Positions 14,841-23,814 of a DNA stretch of 40,409 nucleotides are shown one piece after another (position 1 is the stretch's first letter; the number at the start of each line of letters is the position of its first letter). The notes beneath the pieces were generated by a model. It had not been told where the DNA came from and searched no databases. It was given only the letters and a program-made list of their open reading frames with translations. Made by a program: the position numbers and the translations under genes. The DNA comes from Planctomycetaceae bacterium (GTDB lineage Bacteria; Planctomycetota; Planctomycetia; Pirellulales; Pirellulaceae). The DNA lies in assembly GCA_012965455.1 (NCBI GenBank), contig DTSG01000099.1, positions 1-40,409 of the forward strand, read 5' to 3'.

Positions 14841-17612
14841 ATGTCTAGTTTCCATAAGTGGTTGTTGTATACGTTGTGCGCTTTTGGGTTTGTCACCAGC
14901 AGCGGCAATTCACTGCTAGCTGCGAAAAAGCCCAACATTGTATTCTTCTTAGCGGACGATCAGCGCAATGACCAACTTGGTTGCTATGGACACCCGATAA
15001 CAAAAACACCCAATATCGACAAACTCGCTGCCGCCGGCACTCGATTTACAAATGCATTTGTCACGACTTCTATTTGTGCGGCGAGCCGAGCGTCCATTTT
15101 TACGGGACTTGTCGAACGCACCCATCATTATACCTTCGGTACTCCTCCGATCGCTCAAGACCTAGTCAAGAATAGTTACCCGGCGGTGCTGAAAGCAAAT
15201 GGTTATCGCACAGGTTTTGTGGGCAAGTTTGGAGTTGGATTCCAGGGTGGAACCGACCAGGCTTTTGACTTCTTCCGGCCAATAAACCGCGGGCCTTATT
15301 TTAAACCCCAGCCCGACGGTACGCTGCGCCATACGACTCAGCTAGCAGGTGATGCGGCCATTGAGTTTATTCAGAGCAGCGGTGATGCGCCGTTCATGTT
15401 GTCAATCAGCTTCAATGCAACTCATGCCGAAGATGGAGATAAAGTGGACCATTTTCCTTGGCCCAAAGTTGTTGATGGAATGTACCGTGATGGTGAGATC
15501 CCTCCGCCACGCCTTTCGGACCCAGCCATATTTGCCAGCCAACCGGAATTTCTTCGCACGAGCCTAAATCGCGAACGGTATTTCTGGCGTTGGGATACAG
15601 CCGAAAAATACGATAAAAACATACGTTCGTATTATCGCATGCTCAGTGGAATCGACCATGTGGTGGGCCGAGTGGCGGCAGCGCTTGAAAAGGAAGGCTT
15701 GGCTGAAAATACGATTGTTATATACACCGGCGATAATGGTTATTACATGGGTCAGCGAGGCTTTGCTGGAAAATGGTCTCATTACGAAGAGTCGCTGCGA
15801 GTCCCCCTGATTATTCATGATCCCCGTGGTGATCTCAAACCGCAGGTTCGCGACGAAGTCGTGTTAAATATAGATCTGGCGAGTACCTTTGTGGCGGCTG
15901 CCGGGATCGATTTGCCGGAACAATACCAAGGCCGCGAGTTGAATACACTAGTTGCTGGGCGACAATTGAATTCCTGGCGTCAGGATTTCTTTTGTGAACA
16001 TCTGTTTCACGTGCCTGGTCGTATTCCAAAATGGGAAGGTGTTCGAGGCCAGCGTTGGGTCTACGCGAGTTATTTTGAAAATGACTTTGAGTTCTTACAT
16101 GACTTGCAAACAGATCCAGATCAGCTACGGAATCTAGCTAAGGACCCAGAGCATCAAGATCGTTTGCAGCAAATGCGGACGCGAAACGCGGTTTTGAGAG
16201 AATCCTATGGTGGTGAATACAGCCATGAGCTAATTCCAACGCGGGCTGATTTACGGGCGGCCAAAAAACCACCCGCCAAGAAGCCGCCGGTTGTACCGCT
16301 GCGAAAACCGAGTCCACCCAAAGAGTCCACTCAGCCAAATGTGATATTGCTGATTTCAGACGATCAGTCTTTTACAGATTACGGTTTCATGGCGCATCCA
16401 GTAATTCAAACGCCGCACCTCGATCAACTCGCTCGAGAAAGCGCCACATTCAAACGCGGCTACGTTCCGCAGGCATTATGTCGCAGTTCCTTGGCAACGT
16501 TGATTACTGGCTTGTACCCGCATCAACACCACATCGTCGGCAATGATCCAGCTCCGTTGGGACCTAGTGCAAAGCCTGGTGAATATCAGGCACTACGAAA
16601 TAAGCTGATCGCAAATATTGATAAACATGCAACGGTCCCACAATTGTTGAGCGAGCAAGGCTATTTGAGTCATCAGAGTGGCAAGTGGTGGGAAGGTCAC
16701 TACAGTCGCGGTGGCTTTACACATGGAATGACCCATGGCGATCCAACGCGGGGCGGTCGGCACGGTGACTTGGGACTCAAGATTGGCCGCGAAGGTTTGG
16801 CACCAGTTAAAGAATTTATTAAAGAAGCTCAGGCAAAAGAGAAGCCGTTTTTTGTGTGGTACGCGCCGTTCCTGCCACACACGCCACATAATCCCCCAAA
16901 ACGAATCTTAGATAAGTACACCGATGGACAACGGTCGGTGCAACTAGCAAAGTACTACGCCATGTGTGATTGGTTCGATGAAACCTGTGGTGAGCTCCTC
17001 GGTTTTGTTGATCAACAGGGATTGCGTAAGGACACGGTGATTATTTATGTGACCGACAATGGCTGGATTCAACGGACGCCGGGTATGAAACTGCCAGCAG
17101 GCTGGAGGACTCAATATGCCCCCCGCTCGAAACAGACCGCCAACGAAGGTGGTACGCGTACGCCGATAATGGTTCGCTGGCCAGGCCACGTGAGGCCAGG
17201 AATACGACCACAACTTGTGAGTAGCATTGATATTGTGCCAACTATTTTAGAAATTTGTGGCTCGCAGCGAACTTCGGCAATGGCTGGAAAGAATCTCGTC
17301 GCTGTCGCCCAAAACACTATTGCTGGCCATCAAGCGCTGTTCGGTGAATCCTATGCGCATGACATCATCGATTTGGATGATATCAACAAGACGTTGTTAT
17401 ATCGCTGGGTGATCCAAGGTGACTACAAGTTGTTATTGAGTTATGACGGCATCGTGAATCGATATAAAGCAACCCACGTCGACAAAGGCGCTGGTCCACA
17501 ATTATATAATTTGACGATAGACCCACACGAGCTCGATAATTTAGCGGCAACAAACCCGGAGACGGTGAAACGCTTGACGGACGTTTTGTATAGCCATTGG
17601 GATCACCGTTAG
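14841..17612 (+). CDS. Two-domain (tandem) sulfatase: two complete S1-type sulfatase modules joined by a Lys/Pro-rich linker
   Basis: Signal peptide MSSFHKWLLYTLCAFGFVTSSG. Module 1 motifs: NIVFFLADDQ, SICAASRASIFTG, GKFG, YTGDNGY. Linker: AAKKPPAKKPPVVPLRKPSPPKE. Module 2 motifs: NVILLISDDQ, LCRSSLATLITG, GKWWEG, PFLPHTPH, VTDNGW, NEGGTRTP. Confidence 0.85.
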   Translation: MSSFHKWLLYTLCAFGFVTSSGNSLLAAKKPNIVFFLADDQRNDQLGCYGHPITKTPNIDKLAAAGTRFTNAFVTTSICAASRASIFTGLVERTHHYTFGTPPIAQDLVKNSYPAVLKANGYRTGFVGKFGVGFQGGTDQAFDFFRPINRGPYFKPQPDGTLRHTTQLAGDAAIEFIQSSGDAPFMLSISFNATHAEDGDKVDHFPWPKVVDGMYRDGEIPPPRLSDPAIFASQPEFLRTSLNRERYFWRWDTAEKYDKNIRSYYRMLSGIDHVVGRVAAALEKEGLAENTIVIYTGDNGYYMGQRGFAGKWSHYEESLRVPLIIHDPRGDLKPQVRDEVVLNIDLASTFVAAAGIDLPEQYQGRELNTLVAGRQLNSWRQDFFCEHLFHVPGRIPKWEGVRGQRWVYASYFENDFEFLHDLQTDPDQLRNLAKDPEHQDRLQQMRTRNAVLRESYGGEYSHELIPTRADLRAAKKPPAKKPPVVPLRKPSPPKESTQPNVILLISDDQSFTDYGFMAHPVIQTPHLDQLARESATFKRGYVPQALCRSSLATLITGLYPHQHHIVGNDPAPLGPSAKPGEYQALRNKLIANIDKHATVPQLLSEQGYLSHQSGKWWEGHYSRGGFTHGMTHGDPTRGGRHGDLGLKIGREGLAPVKEFIKEAQAKEKPFFVWYAPFLPHTPHNPPKRILDKYTDGQRSVQLAKYYAMCDWFDETCGELLGFVDQQGLRKDTVIIYVTDNGWIQRTPGMKLPAGWRTQYAPRSKQTANEGGTRTPIMVRWPGHVRPGIRPQLVSSIDIVPTILEICGSQRTSAMAGKNLVAVAQNTIAGHQALFGESYAHDIIDLDDINKTLLYRWVIQGDYKLLLSYDGIVNRYKATHVDKGAGPQLYNLTIDPHELDNLAATNPETVKRLTDVLYSHWDHR

Positions 17613-17654
17613 GGGTGATGGGGAAACAATTTGTAGCAGCCCACCCCGCTACCC

Positions 17655-19064
17655 TTAGTTTTCCAGTCCGGCCGCTGCGATCATAGCTGCACCGATGCAA
17701 GCTTCTTCCCGGGCGGCTGCTACCTGTAGTGGCAACTGGAGCTCTAGTTCAATGCATTCACGGAGCAAAGCGTTTTCACGCAAACCGTTTCCAGCACAGA
17801 CAATGTTAGTCATTTCGCATCCTGTAACCTCTTTCATCATTGCATAGCCGTCGCCAAACACTCGAGCCATACCTTCCAGCAATGCTCGAATAAGATGTCC
17901 GGCGGTAAAATTATCCAGTCCAACGTGTTCCCAAGAAGCTCGTAGTTCCGGGCGGCTACGTGTGCCGGTGAACAACGGCGAGCAGTGCAAACCGTCGGAT
18001 CCGGCGGGAACCTCGCTAGCTAGTTCACACATTTGATTAAACAAATCGTCACTAGGGGCACTGCCGCTGAAGTCACATAGGGTTGTAGCGAAAAATCGTT
18101 CGAGTTCCGCAAAACTACGGCCCCCACACAACCCCGCATTTACTAGTAAATAACCACCCAATGGAAATGGCCGTACTTCCAAATCCGGATGGTCCGCGGC
18201 GGTCTCGCTGTACATCGCAACCTGTCCGCCCGTTCCGACGTTGATAAATAATTGTGTTTTGGGATCCGTTACGGCGCCTATAAAACTCGCTTGATTATCT
18301 CCGCTGGCCACGAAGACGGGAATACCCGCTGGTAAGTGCATGGTTGTTGCCCATTCTTCGCTGAGGTTACCAAGCACCTCGGTAGCTTTACCGATTGCGG
18401 GAAAAATATCCGCAGTGAGGCCCAAGGCGTTGATGGCGTTTAGGTTCCAAGCCTGTTGATGAATGTCAAAAATGCCACTGCTGGCCGCACTGCTTGGACT
18501 GCTGACTATCTTACTTGTAGCAAATGTTGCTGCGACGTAGTCCATAATAAATGCGGCCGTGTGATCGCCACTAGGTAAATAACCATAGTGATGTAACCAA
18601 GCGAGCGTGCATCCCATATATCCGGTTGCTAGTTTGCAGCCGTGCCGCTGCTGTGTATCGGTACCGATAAGGCCGAGGGCAAAATCGATAAACGTATCAT
18701 GGTTGCCATCAAGGTCGCGCGCAGACAATTCCCCTCGGCGGTCCTGCCAGTTGATATAGGGTGTGACACATTGCAGGTCTTGATCGACTAATACGACGCC
18801 ATGTTGCTGTCCAGTGATTCCTAGGCCAGAGACTTCAGAGACACGGGTTCCAAGTCCTTGAGCGACTTCGCGGAGACAGTCGGCAGCACGCTGCAAGATC
18901 AATGGTGCCTCCCATTCACTACGACCTTGGGGGTCAACCGATGGCTTAATGGTTTGTGTTTTGTTGGCAACGCTGTGACAAGCGATGGTTTGCCCGCTAT
19001 TCTCAGCGAGCGCTAAGGCGGTAATTGTGGTTGTTCCAATGTCTAAACCGAGTACTACAGACAT
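17655..19064 (-). CDS. FGGY-family carbohydrate kinase (xylulokinase/sedoheptulokinase-like)
   Basis: 469-aa ORF. N-terminal sugar-kinase phosphate-binding motif LGLDIGTTTITALAL. GITGQQHGVVLVD is typical of FGGY_N. FGGY_C-like motif: INVGTGGQV...GGRSF. Confidence 0.8.
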   Translation of the reverse strand: MSVVLGLDIGTTTITALALAENSGQTIACHSVANKTQTIKPSVDPQGRSEWEAPLILQRAADCLREVAQGLGTRVSEVSGLGITGQQHGVVLVDQDLQCVTPYINWQDRRGELSARDLDGNHDTFIDFALGLIGTDTQQRHGCKLATGYMGCTLAWLHHYGYLPSGDHTAAFIMDYVAATFATSKIVSSPSSAASSGIFDIHQQAWNLNAINALGLTADIFPAIGKATEVLGNLSEEWATTMHLPAGIPVFVASGDNQASFIGAVTDPKTQLFINVGTGGQVAMYSETAADHPDLEVRPFPLGGYLLVNAGLCGGRSFAELERFFATTLCDFSGSAPSDDLFNQMCELASEVPAGSDGLHCSPLFTGTRSRPELRASWEHVGLDNFTAGHLIRALLEGMARVFGDGYAMMKEVTGCEMTNIVCAGNGLRENALLRECIELELQLPLQVAAAREEACIGAAMIAAAGLEN

Positions 19065-19095
19065 GATTGAATTGCTGGCACTACAAAAGAGCTAT

Positions 19096-19124
19096 TTGTT
19101 ATGGGCGTGGTTGTTCGCTATTAT
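19096..19124 (+). promoter_or_regulatory. Candidate sigma70-like promoter for the PSCyt1-DUF1553/DUF1501/SGNH operon
   Basis: TTGTTA (19096-19101), a 17-nt spacer, then TATTAT (19119-19124). The -10 is the first 6 nt of TATTATAGAG box copy 2 (19119-19128). Confidence 0.3.
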
Positions 19125-19203
19125 AGAGGATAGTGGTAAGCGAGACGCGTAGCCTAATGTCGATTTGCCACTCTTCCCAAGACCCCCACCAAAGCATGCC
19201 GCG

Positions 19204-22200
19204 ATGCGTATATTACAAAAACTCGTTCTGACCGCCGCAGCTGCCGCAGTTGTTTGTATTAGTGTTAATTGTGCAGCTGATGAAAAGAACCTCACCTTTG
19301 AAGGTGATATTCGGCCGCTGTTTCGCACATACTGTTTTGATTGTCATGGGGCGACGGAGAAACGCTCCGGCAAGCTTGATTTACGGCTCGTGCATTTCAT
19401 GGAGAAGGGCGGCGATTCAGGTCCAGCGATTGTTAAGGGGGATGCTGCTGGGAGTTATTTGCTGGAGCGAGTTAAAAATGGTGAGATGCCGCCCGGCGAT
19501 CATCGCGTGCCAGAAGATAAGATTGCTATTTTGCAGCAGTGGATACAAGAGGGTGCAAAAACAGTACGCCCTGAACCCGCATCCATTGGCCTAGGCTTAG
19601 GTGTCAGTGCTGAAGAACGAATGTATTGGGCCTATCAAACAATTGTCCGCCCTGCTGTGCCAACGGTAACTAAAGCGGATCGCGTCCGCACTCCAATTGA
19701 TGCACTGTTGCTAGCAGCGATGCAACAACATGATTTGCGTTTTGCAGCGGACGCTGATCGTCAAACACTAATGAGGCGGGCAGCGTTGGATTTGACAGGT
19801 TTGCCTCCTACGCCCAAACAGATTCAACAGTTCCTAGACGACAAAGATAGTGATGCCTGGGAAAAAGCAATCGATCGTCTGCTGGCGTCAGAGCATTATG
19901 GTGAACGGTGGGGACGACATTGGCTGGATATCGCGGGCTATGCTGATTCGGAGGGATATTCAAACAGTGACCAACCACGAACATGGGCATTCCAGTATCG
20001 GGATTGGGTAATTAACGCTTTTAACAGTGACATGGCGATTGACCAATTTATTGTTTGGCAGTTGGCCGGCGATGAATTGGTTACTCCGCCCTATGCAAAT
20101 ATGACGGATAACGAAATCGCACGCCTAACAGCAACCGGTTTTTTGCGAATGGTCGCTGATGGTACAGGGCAAGAGAACAATGACGTTGTTCGCAATCAAG
20201 TTGTTACCGACACGATCAAAATGGTGACGACTTCGCTTTTGGGATTGTCGGTAGGTTGTGCCCAGTGTCATGACCATCGTTATGATCCAATTTCCCAAGA
20301 GGATTACTATCGCATCCGCGCGGTGTTTGAACCAGCCTTGGATCCTAAGCAGTGGCAAGTGCCCAGTGGTCGCGCTATATCGCTGTATACCGATGAAGAC
20401 CATGCTCAAGCCGCGGAAGTTGAAAAGCAGGCGGCCGTGAAGGTGAAAGAACGCAGTGAAAAGGAAAGCGAGTTTATGGCGGAAGTATTAAAGCTGGAAC
20501 TGGACAAAGTTGAAGAGTCAAAGCGGGCCCTGTTAAAGGAAGCCCATGGTACAGCAGCTGATAAACGCACAGCAGAACATAAGAAGGCGTTAGCCGATAA
20601 CCCAAATATTGCTAAGTTAAGTCCGGGGGTATTGTACCAATACAACCAAGCCCACGCAGATAAACTCAAAGCGCTAGCTGCCGACATCGCGAAGATTCGA
20701 GCGGAGAAGCCGGAGCACAAATATGTGCGAGCCATTACGGAAAAGCAACAATCAATAAATCCGACGTTGTTGTTTTATCGCGGCGATTATCGCCAGCCGC
20801 AACATGAGGTTAAGCCGGGCGGATTGACGGTAGCGACCGCGGCAGACAGTCCGTTGGAGATTATCGATAACGACCCGAGCTTGCCCTCGTCGGGACGTCG
20901 GTTAGCCTATGCACGGTACTTAACGAGTGGCCGCCATCCCTTGGTTGCTCGAGTACTTGTCAATCGATTTTGGATGTTACATTTTGGTAAAGGCTTGGTT
21001 TCGACGACAGGCGAATTTGGGAAACTAGGTACGAAACCAAGTAATCCCGAGCTGTTAGATTGGTTGGCGGATGAATTTATGTCCCAGGGCTGGAGCCTCA
21101 AACATCTGCATCGCAAGATCATGACGTCGACCGTCTATCGGCAACAAGCTCGTCGTACGCCTCAGGCCGATGGTATTGATAGCGCCAACCAATTGTATTC
21201 CCATTTTCCCGTTCATCGCTTGGAAGCCGAGACGATTCGCGATTCAATTCTTGCCGTTAGTGGCCGACTGGATTACACACAATTTGGCCGCGCGGTGGAA
21301 GTTAGCGCGGACGCCACGGGTCAGATCGTGATTACCGGAGAGTCGCAGCGCCGTAGTATCTACCTGCAGGTACGACGAACTCAACCCGTTGCTATTCTTA
21401 AATCCTTTGATGCACCGGTTATGGAAGTAAACTGCACCGATCGTACCCACTCGACAGACGCGACCCAATCTTTGATGCTGATGAATAGTGAATTCATCCT
21501 CGGATTTTCCAAAGCGTTTGCTGAACGATTGAACGAGGAAGCCGCTCAGCAAATACCGTTGGCAGAGGTGGCGGCCGTCGCCTATCGCGCGGCGGATAGC
21601 GATATTGTGAATTTGAATCCTTGGCGGTACGGGTATGGAGCGATTGATGAAGCGGAGGGAGATCAAATCCCAACGGTTGAATTTACGGACTTCCCCTATT
21701 TTGGAAAAGGACGGTGGAGTGGTAGTGAAATGTTGCCGGATGAAGTCACGTCCTTTTCATTTCTATCCGCGACCGGGGGTCATGCAGCTTTGCCCCAACT
21801 CCATCCGATCCGTCGCTGGACGTCGCCTGTTCAGGGAAAACTACAAATCAAAGGGACGTTGAGCCATGCAACCGATAATGGAAATGGAATCCGCTTAACC
21901 ATGATCAGCAGTCGCCGCGGACTACTGGGTAGGTGGAGCGCTCATAATTCAACTCAGGCGTACGAACTGACAGTGGATGTGGAAGTGGGGGATATTATTG
22001 ACGCAGTCGTTGATGCACAAGGATCACATACGTCCGATAGCTATGCCAATCGATATGAGATTTCGCTTGTAGGTCGGGAGCACGCAGACAATCGTTCATG
22101 GGAATCGACAACGGATTTTCAAGGACCCATGGAGCCGAATGCATATGAACAAAAGGCCACGGTTGGTCAGCAGCTGGCTTATGGATGGCTGTTAGCCTAT

Positions 22201-22362
22201 GGACGGCGGGCGACTGAGGAGGAGTTACAGGTGTCGATCGAATTCATTCGCGAGCAGTTAATTTTATTACGCAGGCAAGACCATAAGACTCCTCTGGCCC
22301 AGGCGATGACAAATTATTGCCAGGCCTTATTGGGATCTAATCAGTTTTTATATATCGAGTAA
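19204..22362 (+). CDS. PSCyt1 (planctomycete cytochrome c-like) + DUF1549 (PSCyt2) + DUF1553 (PSD1) protein
   Basis: The ORF is open from TTG 19165. ATG 19204 gives the signal peptide MRILQKLVLTAAAAAVVCISVNCAA. CxxCH motifs at 19333-19347 (CFDCH) and 20257-20271 (CAQCH). Other motifs: GEMPP, LMRRAALDLTGLPPT, NRFWMLHFGKGLV, ALLGSNQFLYIE. Confidence 0.9.
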   Translation: MRILQKLVLTAAAAAVVCISVNCAADEKNLTFEGDIRPLFRTYCFDCHGATEKRSGKLDLRLVHFMEKGGDSGPAIVKGDAAGSYLLERVKNGEMPPGDHRVPEDKIAILQQWIQEGAKTVRPEPASIGLGLGVSAEERMYWAYQTIVRPAVPTVTKADRVRTPIDALLLAAMQQHDLRFAADADRQTLMRRAALDLTGLPPTPKQIQQFLDDKDSDAWEKAIDRLLASEHYGERWGRHWLDIAGYADSEGYSNSDQPRTWAFQYRDWVINAFNSDMAIDQFIVWQLAGDELVTPPYANMTDNEIARLTATGFLRMVADGTGQENNDVVRNQVVTDTIKMVTTSLLGLSVGCAQCHDHRYDPISQEDYYRIRAVFEPALDPKQWQVPSGRAISLYTDEDHAQAAEVEKQAAVKVKERSEKESEFMAEVLKLELDKVEESKRALLKEAHGTAADKRTAEHKKALADNPNIAKLSPGVLYQYNQAHADKLKALAADIAKIRAEKPEHKYVRAITEKQQSINPTLLFYRGDYRQPQHEVKPGGLTVATAADSPLEIIDNDPSLPSSGRRLAYARYLTSGRHPLVARVLVNRFWMLHFGKGLVSTTGEFGKLGTKPSNPELLDWLADEFMSQGWSLKHLHRKIMTSTVYRQQARRTPQADGIDSANQLYSHFPVHRLEAETIRDSILAVSGRLDYTQFGRAVEVSADATGQIVITGESQRRSIYLQVRRTQPVAILKSFDAPVMEVNCTDRTHSTDATQSLMLMNSEFILGFSKAFAERLNEEAAQQIPLAEVAAVAYRAADSDIVNLNPWRYGYGAIDEAEGDQIPTVEFTDFPYFGKGRWSGSEMLPDEVTSFSFLSATGGHAALPQLHPIRRWTSPVQGKLQIKGTLSHATDNGNGIRLTMISSRRGLLGRWSAHNSTQAYELTVDVEVGDIIDAVVDAQGSHTSDSYANRYEISLVGREHADNRSWESTTDFQGPMEPNAYEQKATVGQQLAYGWLLAYGRRATEEELQVSIEFIREQLILLRRQDHKTPLAQAMTNYCQALLGSNQFLYIE

Positions 22363-22365
22363 AAG

Positions 22366-23814
22366 ATGTTGCCCTCCAAAACAAACGTGGAATTAAATCG
22401 TCGCCATTTTCTGTCGGAAAATGCGATGGGCGTGGGCATGGTCGCGCTGGCCACGTTGCTGGGCGAAGAAAATTTACTGGGCGTACCCAAGAATGTACAG
22501 CAGGCGCCCGTCACTTTTGATATGCGGCCGCGCAAGCCGCAAGGTCTGCCAACAGCCAAAGCGATGATTTCATTGTTTCAACATGGCGGTCCTGCCCACA
22601 TGGACCTCATGGATCCCAAAACGGAATTGACGCGGCTGGATGGGAAAACTTATGACGGCGATGTTGGCTTTAGCTTTATTAAACGCGCGACAAAGACGCT
22701 GAAGGGTTCCAGTTTCAAATTCAGTAAACGAGGTGAATGTGGCACAGAGATTTCGGAGCTGTTGCCCGGTCTGAGCTCCATCGTGGACGATGTTTGTGTG
22801 ATTCGTTCGATGCATACGGGCCATAATGGCCATGAGGTTTCGATCCGCTATATGAATTCTGGGATTGCTGGGGTTACTGGCCGACCATCACTGGGCAGTT
22901 GGATCACCTATGGACTGGGCTCGGTCTCTCAGAACTTACCCGCTTATATGGTGCTTACCGATCCGGCTGGAACGCCGGTGGACGGCACACATAACTGGTC
23001 CAATGGTTGGATGCCATCTTTATTTCAGGGAACGGTGTTGCGACCGAAAGAACCGCGAATTCTGAACCTGGCGGCGCCGGCACATTTGCAAGGGAGCGTC
23101 CAAGCTTCCAATCTCTCGTTCCTCAATCGAATCAATCGGCGACATTTGGATAAACACCCAGGTGAACATGATTTGGAGGCGAGGATTGCCAGTTATGAAC
23201 TGGCGGCTCGGATGCAGGATTCGGCCCGCGAAGCCCTCGACATTGCTCAGGAAACCAAAGCGACACAACAATTGTATGGAATTGATCAAGAGGTCACGCG
23301 GGATTATGGTACGCGCTGTCTGATCGCTAGACGGATGGTGGAACGTGGCGTGCGGTTTGTGCAACTGTTTCATTCAGGTCAGCCATGGGATAACCATACC
23401 AACCTGATTAGTACACTCCCCAGCGCTTGCCGTAAGACGGATGTTCCCTCGTCAGGATTAGTAAAAGACCTTAAACAGCGGGGGATGTTGGATGAGGTGC
23501 TTGTGCATTGGGGGGGCGAAATCGGAAGACTACCCGTCGTCGAAGGGGATCCGAAGACGGGCGGCCGCGATCATAATGGTCAGGGCTTTAGCACGTGGCT
23601 TGCCGGAGGTGGGATTCAAGGTGGTATGACCTATGGAAACACTGATGATGTTGGACATCGGGCTGTGGAAAATATAGTAACCCCCAATGACTACCAAGCC
23701 ACCCTGTTGCATCTCTTTGGACTCAATCATAACGACCTCTATTATTTACATAACGGCCAGGAACAAAAACTGGTCGTGTCCGCTGCCCGAATTGTTAATG
23801 AAATAATTGCTTGA
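22366..23814 (+). CDS. DUF1501 domain-containing protein, TAT-exported (GRDHN subtype)
   Basis: The ATG lies 3 nt after the stop of the DUF1553 gene. Leader: LNRRHFLSENAMGVGMVALA. Motifs: FQHGGPAHMDLMDPK, RMVERGVRFVQLF, HWGGEIGRLPV, GRDHNGQGFS. Confidence 0.9.
   Translation: MLPSKTNVELNRRHFLSENAMGVGMVALATLLGEENLLGVPKNVQQAPVTFDMRPRKPQGLPTAKAMISLFQHGGPAHMDLMDPKTELTRLDGKTYDGDVGFSFIKRATKTLKGSSFKFSKRGECGTEISELLPGLSSIVDDVCVIRSMHTGHNGHEVSIRYMNSGIAGVTGRPSLGSWITYGLGSVSQNLPAYMVLTDPAGTPVDGTHNWSNGWMPSLFQGTVLRPKEPRILNLAAPAHLQGSVQASNLSFLNRINRRHLDKHPGEHDLEARIASYELAARMQDSAREALDIAQETKATQQLYGIDQEVTRDYGTRCLIARRMVERGVRFVQLFHSGQPWDNHTNLISTLPSACRKTDVPSSGLVKDLKQRGMLDEVLVHWGGEIGRLPVVEGDPKTGGRDHNGQGFSTWLAGGGIQGGMTYGNTDDVGHRAVENIVTPNDYQATLLHLFGLNHNDLYYLHNGQEQKLVVSAARIVNEIIA

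Noticed and set aside
16258-16335. Lys/Pro-rich segment (KKPPAKKPP...) as a DNA-level tandem repeat or insertion
   Set aside because: Only one short imperfect duplication of KKPP is present. It reads as an ordinary interdomain linker, in frame, with sulfatase modules on both sides.
17613-17654. Bidirectional rho-independent terminator between the sulfatase and kinase genes
   Set aside because: Only a 6-bp GGGGTG/CACCCC pairing is present, separated by about 26 nt, with no flanking T or A tracts. This is not a convincing intrinsic terminator.
19165-19203. TTG 19165 as the start of the PSCyt1-DUF1549-DUF1553 gene
   Set aside because: ATG 19204 begins directly with a classic signal peptide (MRILQKLVLTAAAAAVV). 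The 13 extra residues (PLFPRPPPKHAA) look like translated leader sequence. The question stays slightly open because the TATTATAGAG box would then sit at the same 36-nt distance seen for other genes.
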